Origin: Anthoceros angustus
Taxonomy: Eukaryota; Plantae; Anthocerotophyta
Assembly (NCBI GenBank): GCA_010909165.1
Contig: MU008181.1
Span: 372,001 to 436,000, forward strand
Direction: 5' to 3'
DNA: 64,000 nt
Shown here: one piece after another, positions 36,309-45,368 of the stretch
How the letters are laid out: the number at the start of each line of letters is the position of its first letter
Numbering within the stretch: position 1 is the stretch's first letter
Position numbers and translations under genes: made by a program
The notes under the pieces: model-generated
Seen by the model: only the letters and a program-made list of their open reading frames with translations
The model's database searches: none
What the model was told of the DNA's origin: nothing

Positions 36309-39300
36309 TCAGCAGTGCTCGTATTTCCGTTCAACCTTGTCCTGCTCCATGCACTCATCACAAATCCAGATGTAAGGTGAATTTGGCTGACCGCGAACTC
36401 TTGCCCTCCTTAAACTAAAATCCTTTTCTACATCGGACTCGGCCAAGAACTTGGTCTTCCAACCATACTCCGGATTTTGAGCAAGGAACTCTTCCAGTCT
36501 GCTCCTGAGCGTGTCACCGGACATGTCTACAGCCTCTTCACCTTCAAGCAACTCTTCAACTGCACGTGCACAGTGGACAGTCCGATTTAAGGCCGGAACA
36601 CTTGTGATAACACTTCCTGCCAAACCTGCTCCTGGAACAGGGGCATGCTGCAATCCAATTTGTGCTGCTAGGCACACATACAAGTACAGTCGTGAAGTCC
36701 AGGGTTGGAACCTCATTGCACGTTTATCCATCAAATAAAACATACGCCCTCGTTGAGATGCTACTTTGTGAGTTGGTCCGTCATGTTGATGACTACCATT
36801 CCCACCACACTCACACTCGACATGAAGTCGCAGAGGAATTGCTCTGCCATAGTACAGTCCAGATATGAACTTTCGCCACAAGCCCACATTATGAGTGAGA
36901 TAAACAGGGCCGTGGGGAATGTTTTCAATCGATGGATTCCAAGGACATTCTGGCCGTGCATCAAGTACCCTCTGCCGATCATCATCTAGCAAGACAATAT
37001 CTCCTTGGACAAGTGTTGCATACCCTGAACTACGACCCAGGGGGGGATCTGATCCGTCAACAGCTTGCCAGTGGTGGATGTAGATATTATCCGGACACCT
37101 AGGAATTTGGTCTATCAACTTACTTATCAAAACTGAAGTGTCCCCTGTCCTATACTTGCACAAAGTTAAGGATCTCACGCACTCTTTCCTTATAAGACCT
37201 TCCACAAGAGACACCCCTATGCAGCCTTGTTGAGAAGCACAAAATTGTCGAACCTTTGTTATCAAATGGTCCTGCACAAATCTCATAACTTGGCTATAGT
37301 CTCTCTCCGACCTTACCAACACATCAACAAAGTATCCCACCTGTGCGCTGTATTCCATTATGATTTCGTGACCAACTCCGTCAATCGAGATGTGGAACAT
37401 ATTAACATCCAATACCTTAGTCCACCAAAGATGCTCCCGTGTTACCCATCCTTCAGATACACACATGTCATAGAGAATGATCTACACAGGAAATGAAGAG
37501 TTATTATCCATATATTCATTCATAAAAAATAATTAAACTAATAAATATATATTTATTACCTGTAAACGAGGAAAAAATCCTGGGGTTAAAAATGTGCGCT
37601 TTGTGTCTGAACACTGCAATCGAACCCCAACATATGTATCAGTCCTGCTAGTATCCCTCCACTCCAATTTCCGTTCACCTGCGTCATTGATTCCTCCCAT
37701 CAAAACTGGGATGAGATAATATTCTTCGTTATTGTTGGCGACATGCTCATAACAAAGATTGAATTTCTTCATCAATTGAAATAGCATTCTTATACTAATT
37801 GTTGATGTAACAATATCCTCGTTTGCTTTTATCCGAATAATAGAGTTCTCCAAAAGCTTCGCTAGCTCTTTTATATGTACTATTCCATTCGTCGGCTTGA
37901 AAACGGGCTCATTTTCAGCTTCGCATAGGAATGGATTCATTAAGTACCCAAATATGGCATGACTAAACCAATGAGGATCAATCACCATAAAATCCAGGTC
38001 TTCGAAGTAAATAATAGCCCCACTATCTCGTAGATATGCTGCTACGACTTTCCAGCTACTCTCATGTATCATAGCTACTTGCAATGTTCTCTTATCCAGT
38101 ACATCCATCCTATGCAATTCTACTTCATATGCTGCTTGCACAAGGTGATGAAATGTATCCGTAGTCATAATTGGATTCCCTCCTGCCTCCCTTGCCCACC
38201 GCCGTAAATTTAACAACGTAAGCTCACAAATTGTTGGCACTTCTTCCAACACTAAAAACAAGTGCCTGAACTTTGTTTCAATAATACTAAGTAGACGTTC
38301 TACCTCCTCAGGATCCAAAGCATTGAGAAGGAAGATGGAGTTAACCTCAACTTGTACAAGATTTTGAAACTTGTCCGCCAGCAATTCCACAATACGCCTC
38401 ACATCGAAGGAGTTCAATTTTGTTGCTGCCTCATCTTGGTGTGTAACCACTACGATAACCTTGGGCTTGATAGCATATTCAGACCTAGAATTAGAACAAA
38501 TAAAACGAAGCCAATATTCGAGCTGGCGACGAAAATGTAAAATCCTGGTAATATTTATATCATCCTGCAGAGGCTTATAAACAAACAAGAAAATGGTAGA
38601 ACCATTTGTGTCAGGGAACACGCAATCGTGAAGTGCATAATATTCCTCTTGTCCAGCGAAGTCCCACACCGAAATTCTCAAATCTTCATCCTCCATCAAC
38701 ATGACGACTTCAATTCCTCGAGTGCGTGGCCTTTTCCTTTCCCCTCCCGCGTTGCGAACCGGGAATTCGGAGATACTAGTTTCACCTGCTTCATGGGAAC
38801 CGGCCAGATGTTGTTGCTTGAGATTGCGCATGGTGTCCACCAATGTGCTTTTACCTGCAGGGCATCACATTATGGCAGCATTGGTAAGGACGGTGATAAG
38901 GAGGAAGAAGCAATGCACAAAGTGCTCACAACTATGGGAAAACATGGCCAAGGAAGAAGGGTTAACGTTCTTGCCAGCAAAAGGATATCCGCATAGCACT
39001 AGGCGACCTGATTTGGCACGCATTTTTGGCACCCCTCCAAGAGACGCTCGGTACTCCACATTTCTCCTTATCGCCTCCGAGAGAGCTGGCCCTTTCCCTG
39101 CCTGTTCCAATGGTGTTCCTTTCACATCGATGGTCCGGATCGAAGTATTAGCGAGTAAGAGGTCTGTAAGAGCTTTGTACACAAGTTCCTCATCCACGCC
39201 CTCACAGTCTTCAAGGCTGAGTGTTTGAAGAGTGGTGTTCGAGGCCAGTGCAGGCAGAATTGTAACCCAGTGCGTCTTGGAGTAATAAGCTTTCCGGAGA

Positions 39301-40655
39301 TGAAGCTCCACGAGAGACGTATTGAGAGCGAGCATACTGTGCAAGTCCTGCGCATCCCCGGTGCAGTAGGGTATGGACAGCTCGCGCAGCTGGGATAGCC
39401 CGACGGTGGCATTAGATTGAGCAGAATCCGGGCCCGGGGTGAGCTGTTTGAACAAAGCTGTTGCGCCTGCGCGATCCAGTCGGATGGACAGCTTCTCCAG
39501 GCGCAATCCGTGGTTTAGAGACATGGCCTCAATGACGGCCGTCTTGTAGAATACCAGAAAGAAATTTGTGCCTTCGAAGCCATAGTGCAGGGATTTGAGT
39601 GCAGTATTGCACCGCAGCATCTCCGCCACTTTCTCGCCGAACGATGAAGACAGACTCGGAAGCATCTGACACTGTGTTGGCGTCCAGCGCGTTGGATCTT
39701 CTGCAACGGTTCTGTATTTTACCAAGTCCGACGCTGAGCACTTGTCATTGCGCCCCATGGCCTTCGCCCTTCCGTGAACGAACAGTTTCTCCAGCTTGGT
39801 TGCAGCTTGGTTTTGGAGAAGGGCCTCCGCTGTCACCAATATCACTTTTGCCATCAGCGTCAATCTTGGTGACAAATCTCTCACTGTGAGGGAGGTGAGA
39901 GTGGAAGCAGGATCGGCGAGCAACGGGCCCAAGAGCTGACGAATCTCTTCAACATCCCTGCCCCCATTCAAGTTGAGCCGGAGATCTCTGACAGCAGAAA
40001 ACTTGGTAATGGTGGCCGCCAGGTCCCCGCCTATCCTCGCGATGCCGTCATTGTACCCTTCCCAGATCAGCAAGGTCCGCAGGGTGGCATTGCCCCTCAT
40101 GGATTTCGAGAAAGCTTCCCACCACGCGTGTGCTTCTACCCGGCCTCCCGCGGGCTCCTCGAGGAAGACTCGGAGCTCCTGGAGGGAGGCGTTGGTGTTA
40201 AGACACCGGCCCAGCTGAGCAGCTAACCCTGCTGTCCCAAACATTTCACCCGTCAGCGTCAACTGAACCACGACCGACCTGCTGGAGGCCAGAGCATGGA
40301 AAAATGCTTCCAGCTCCTTTCCCTCCCAAAGCCGCTGATGTTGGAAGACCATTTTGAGCTTTGGACGAGAAAGGGCGAGCAGGGAAAGCGCCACTCCCAA
40401 GGAAGACGGCGCACGCACATTCACCTTCTCACACAGGGTCTCAGCCAAGCTCCGAACTCTAGTATAGTCCTGATCGCCTGGAGTATTGTCGGGAACAGCC
40501 ATGTTCAGTGCGTGGTCGAGCCAATCCGGTCTGGGATCCAGGTCCAAGAGTGTCTGTGCAGTCTCAACCATATCCACAGGGCCAGGGAACCCAGGGGGAT
40601 GGATTCGTTCCGCGGCTTTGGCTGATTTCCAACGCGCCATGAAAGCCATGAGCAT
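36309..40655 (-). CDS. TORNADO1-like LRR (ribonuclease-inhibitor type)-Roc-COR protein; 3 exons (40655-38975, 38854-37560, 37481-36309), about 1380 aa
   Basis: RI-like LRRs (LNTNASLQEL, LASNTTLQTLSLEDC), P-loop GYPFAG|KST, TRGI, WDFAGQEEYYALHD, VVVTH, COR motifs (IDPHWF, FLTPGFFPRLQ), C-terminal LHVECE...H and LRRARV...WICDEC. Both introns keep the frame; the true N-terminus is uncertain. Confidence 0.85.
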
Positions 40656-41267
40656 TGGCAATGCGTGCAACCCTGGGACTTGATTATGCGAAAATCACAA
40701 AACTCTGGTACAAGACAACCAGATACGTGATTAGGTCTGCACCATGGATACTGGCAATGTAACACCAAGTGCGGTGTGCAGCAAGCATCTTTCAGTGAGA
40801 GCCAGACACACATGGATGCATCACGAGTCAGGACTTCTAAGAACTTGAGCATGAATCGAAAATCACAAAAGTCTGGTTCAGTACAACCAGTCTGGACCAT
40901 CTCGAGCAACATAGCACCGGCACCTCAGAACAGCAACAATGCGCACAGCTTCAGGGGAAGAACTGGTACTGCTTGTGCATAGGCAGGAGGGAGAGAGAGC
41001 ACACTTGAAGGAAGTCCTATGATGCCACCCTTTGCGGATCCGGAGCTCACCTCACAATTCACAAGAAAAAAATATTCAGGCAGCGCCGGAATTCAGGCCT
41101 TCCCTTGGAAGAACGTCAGCAATTCTAGGCTCCGCAAGGACCGTGAAGTGGAGGCCTCCAGTAAGGACCTGTCTCTGGTCCCGAAAGTATATCCTTTAAT
41201 TTGAAGCTTCTTGTGAGGATGGGATAGCGTTGCGCGGACTTCCACAGCTGTATACCACTAGCCCGTC

Positions 41268-41391
41268 TCTTCCTGTTCTCCCGCCGACGCCCGCAATACG
41301 CTTCCTGTTCTCCCGCCGACGCCCGCAATACGCTTCCTGTTCTCCCGCCGACGCCCGCAATACATGCGCCTCGCGTGGCATTCAGCATGTG
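41268..41391. repeat. 3 x 32 bp tandem repeat plus tail; inverted copy of 56156-56217
   Basis: cttcctgttctcccgccgacgcccgcaatac three times, then atgcgcctcgcgtggcattcagcatgtg; reverse complement of cacatgctgaatgccacgcgaggcgcatgtattgcgggcgtcggcgggagaacaggaag at about 56156. Confidence 0.92.
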
Positions 41392-43422
41392 GGGTGCGTC
41401 TCAATCTCCGAAACAATCAATGCTTCGCGCGTGTAAAATCTGGCGTGGCATGCCATGCCTCGCCCATCACGATTCTCTCTCATCACGATTCTCTCTCATC
41501 ACGATTCTCTCTCATCATCGTATACTTTAAACACAACACCATGGTCCATACAGGGCTGTCACTGCCGTATTTTGCCGAGCACGGCACAGCCCCAATATGC
41601 GCACCCACACCACAACGAGGTTGAGATGTAAACCAACCATGCTTGATTTTAGAACCGTGCGTGAGCGCGGGGTGTTTCAAACTAAAGACGGAATGCAGGA
41701 GCGATCTGCCTTCATGAAGCGGAAGGCAGGAAGGGCGCGGGGGCGCGAGGACGCGGAGGGCGTGGGTACGGGGAGGGAGGGCGCGGGCACGGGCACGGGC
41801 ACGCACGGGGAGGGAGGCGCGGAGCCGGGGAGGGACAGGGAGGGAGGCGCGCGGTCTGTCGGGAGGCCGCGGGCGGGCGGGGAGACCGCGGGCGGGGAGG
41901 CCGCCGTCTCGCGGGGAGGCCGCGGGCGGGCGGGCAAGCTGCATGCAGTTCTTCAACCACATGTATGGCATAAAGAAATGCGAAACATTATTACACACAG
42001 TCGATACCATGTGAACATCCATTCAAGCAAGCCGATACCATGTGAACATCCATTCAAGCAACCCTTACCGTACAAAGAAACTAGTGCACTTTGGGCAAAG
42101 AATAATACCTATAGAGTCACCCCACTGCTTCTTGAAATACTCAACAAAGGCTGGTTGACTTTCATGCCACTCCTTGAAGAAGAACTCTAACAATACCTTA
42201 CCTCATGCGATAGTACCATGTTGTGTATTATGGCCTCTGACATACATGATCTCCGCAAGAGCTGCCCAAATCTTTTTCCTTGCAATTATGCACTTTACCT
42301 TCTTTAAAAGGTTCCGCTGTTATGCCTTCCTTACATACCATAGGCACAACACAACATGTATGTTGCCCAACATGTCACCACCACGTTCATGTCCTATGTA
42401 GTGACTATCTTCTCGTCCACAACTGCAACATGCCGACGCATAATCTCCGACACAGAAACCTTGCAATAAAGACAATGTTTAACCCAATCCTTTTTCTCTT
42501 TCGAGATCCAAGGAGCTCTAGACAATTTAGGTCCCACATACTGCGGACCATGACAGATATCATCTGCACGATCTACGTGCGCTCCTTCATGAAGAAGGAT
42601 TTGAGCAACTTCAGGGAATAAGCGCAACTGCTTCACAACAAAATTGGCCATACATCCGACCTTCATGCGCACATTCTTGGGTGTGGTAGCAGCTCGGAAA
42701 TCCTCCTGTCCATATGAACACTAATACCTACATACAAACACACGACAGCAAATACCAAGATTTGGCTTCAACTTAAGGCAAAGAAAGCACATGGACAGAG
42801 GCCACCAAGCTAGGAAACCCAAGTGGTCATGGAAATCAGTGCAGAGAACTTGGAAGTTGCGGAAGGTACCTGATATATGTGATTGCAGTGTCCAAGGACG
42901 GCACAATTGGTGGTGGTAGTGAATTTTGAGTCTTTGAATCCTTCCGATAGAAACTTGCAGCACATTTGAAGCCTTCACCAGAAATGAAATCTTCTATTCT
43001 ACTCCATAGAATATAGGCAATCTTCAAATCCTTCAGAACCTGCTAAGTTAGATTGTTGGTATAGAATTGACCAAGCCCTAGAAATTGTACCTTCAGCGGG
43101 CACTCCATGGATGGAGCACGCTTGGCGGCCAGAATGCTTGGTTTAGGTTAATCTGTTTATCTTTGGGTTGGTTTGTTAGAAACACCTCGCGCTCAGTTCA
43201 TACTCCTCGTGCACGGTTCTAAAATCAAGCATGGTTGGTTTACATCTCAACCTCGTTGGTGTGGGTGCGCATACTGGGGTTGTGCCGTGCTCGGCAAAAT
43301 ACGGCAGTGACATCCCTGTATGGACCGGTACATGGTGTTTGTGTTTAAAGTATACCATGATGAGAGAGAATCGTGATGGGCGAGGCATGGCAGATCAATG
43401 CTCCGGAGATTGAGACGCAGCC
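41392..43422 (-). mobile_element. degenerate Mutator-like (MULE) DNA transposon with about 220-270 bp TIRs and an internally deleted transposase remnant
   Basis: TIRs at 41392-41665 and 43206-43422 (gggtgcgtctcaatctccg / cggagattgagacgcagcc; shared gccgtattttgccgagcacggcac...aaccaaccatgcttgattttagaaccgtgc). Minus-strand peptides ILWSRIEDFISGE, GCMANFVVKQL...HVDRADDICHGP...APWIS and FKEWHESQPAFVEYFKKQW resemble MULE/SWIM-family proteins; stops and frameshifts are present. Confidence 0.85.
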
Positions 43423-43752
43423 AGGCATACAGTGGCGCAGACTGCTCGTGGTACAGTAGCTTGGCCAGCACTGTTTCATGGTCGCTCCAACGACATTTCT
43501 GTAACGCAGTTGGATTCTCGAGGTGTTACAGCGGCTACGGACACTGGTTCAATATGTATGGAATGTGCCACCATTTATAGGTAGGGGCATCCGCCGGCGG
43601 ATATGGGAAGGTGCTGCCAAAGGTGCAAACAAAGGAAGGTGCGGAGGAGCAACTTTCTGGTACACGAGCTAGTCTACTTTTAATAGACCAGCGGACAAGT
43701 TCTCCCCAGACAACTGGGAGGACGTGCTTGAAATGTTCCAAGGCGCAAGTTG

Positions 43753-45200
43753 CAAGAGCAACAATATGCGTTCACTCACAAAATTTCTGAAGCACAAGTG
43801 GGTTCTACTCCCACTTTGATTCGCCTTCTACCATGCCTGGATCATCCATGTGAGAGAGCAGCCAAGTCATTGCTTCCTCTACACCTCTGAGCTTGGATGT
43901 ATTGACTGCAAACCGGCTGTCGTGCACAAAGCTGCATGGAAAAAGACAAATGGGTTCAGAGGTTTAAAAGCATGTCCTGAAGTACCTGTCGCCGGGAACT
44001 TGCGAATTCCGGGTGTCCAGCTCTAATGAGCGCTCTTCGGGCAGACGAGCGAGTACAACTGATGCAGGGGAGCAACTGCCACCAAGATGGCAAAATCACA
44101 CCCTTGATTGGCATCGATGTAGTCATGTGACTGCTTCCACAGAGTTTAGGGTACCGCCTCATCCACCAGACAATGGTTAACAAGAAGAAAATATGCACAA
44201 GGTAGTGCCAGCCTCGTGTGGTGCTCTCTCACCAGTAGTCATCTCTGTCTGCATAGGAAGGCAGGCGCTGAAGGCTTGTGATTAAAGCTTGCCTTAGTCA
44301 GAGAGGAAAAAACAATTCCAAAATGATAGAGATATTGTGCCAACAGAGGGTCCTCAACTGCGGCCTTCTTCTGGGTATGAGTACACACCTATACATACAG
44401 GAGAGGCACAGAGACAACTGACATCAGCAAAGAATCCCACATGAGCCAGTTGGAGAACCAAACAAAAGGGTGTGTGTCTTGGGAACTTTGCCGAGTAGAG
44501 TACCAACTGCATCAAGATCGGGTGTGATGGTACCGAGTTTCACAGCTAGGGGTACCCAGCTGCACTGTAGTGCTCCACAGCATGATCATTAGCATCGGTC
44601 CCATCCCAGTTCCGCCTCCCACATAACATTGAGCCATCAGTGAGGTTCAGCCACAGGTTTTCCTTCTTATCTCACAAGCTGCACTTCCAACCGTGCAGAA
44701 GACCCACTCCAGTTCCCTTGCGTAGATAGTTTCTTCCTTGTCCGCAGTCCAGGCCACAAAGTCCGCTTTATGCTCAGCACCCATAGCTGCAAGCACTCCA
44801 TCGACAGAGAGTCTGACCTGAAACTCTGTATAACATTTGTACTCAAGCGGACTAGAATCTCCTTCCAGTAAGCTATATGTGTTTCTAGTGTTGTTGATTC
44901 ATGCTAAACCGATGAATACAAAGAGATCCTACCATTTCAGGAAGCTCCACCCCTTTTTAGGAGGAAAGGCACCCAAAATCCTGCTGCTGCTGGATGACAG
45001 TGGAGTAGGACTGTTGTCATGTCAGACAAGACCTACCGATTTCCAACCGAGATGACTTCTTGTGTAAACCGTCGTCCGGACCAAGTTTAACAGTTTCCAC
45101 AATATGTGAACAGGATTGCCTGTCTTGGAGAGCACATGGTCGCGTCCAACGGCAAGGAAGGAGTTGAGATCCACGGAGAGGCGGCGCTCACCACCTCGGG
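43753..45200 (-). pseudogene. fragmented, intron-containing duplicate of UBP14 with several internal deletions
   Basis: Collinear matches: 43753-43910 to about 52077-52234; 43945-44025 to about 53415-53490; 44053-44078 to about 54167-54192; 44233-45015 to about 54402-55245; 45023-45200 to about 55368-55555. Intron sequence is included and frameshifts are present. Confidence 0.9.
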
Positions 45201-45368
45201 TCGCTGGTTTATCTACTGAAAGGCCTTTCTCGAAAATAAGTAGGAGCTGGCTCGGCATGCTTTCTGGTGTGTCGGATTTGTAAGCTCCTCCCGCGCTGTT
45301 GAACACCGGAGAGGGAGCATTGCCTCGGCTGAGTGGACTGAGGCGAGTTGGGAAGCACATAGAGGGCC

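Noticed and set aside
41392-43422. PIF/Harbinger classification (GGG/GGC termini) or Pack-MULE status
   Set aside because: TIRs are long, no TAA/TTA TSD is present and internal peptides look MULE/SWIM-type; the UBP14 fragments lie outside the TIRs, so this is not a Pack-MULE in the strict sense.
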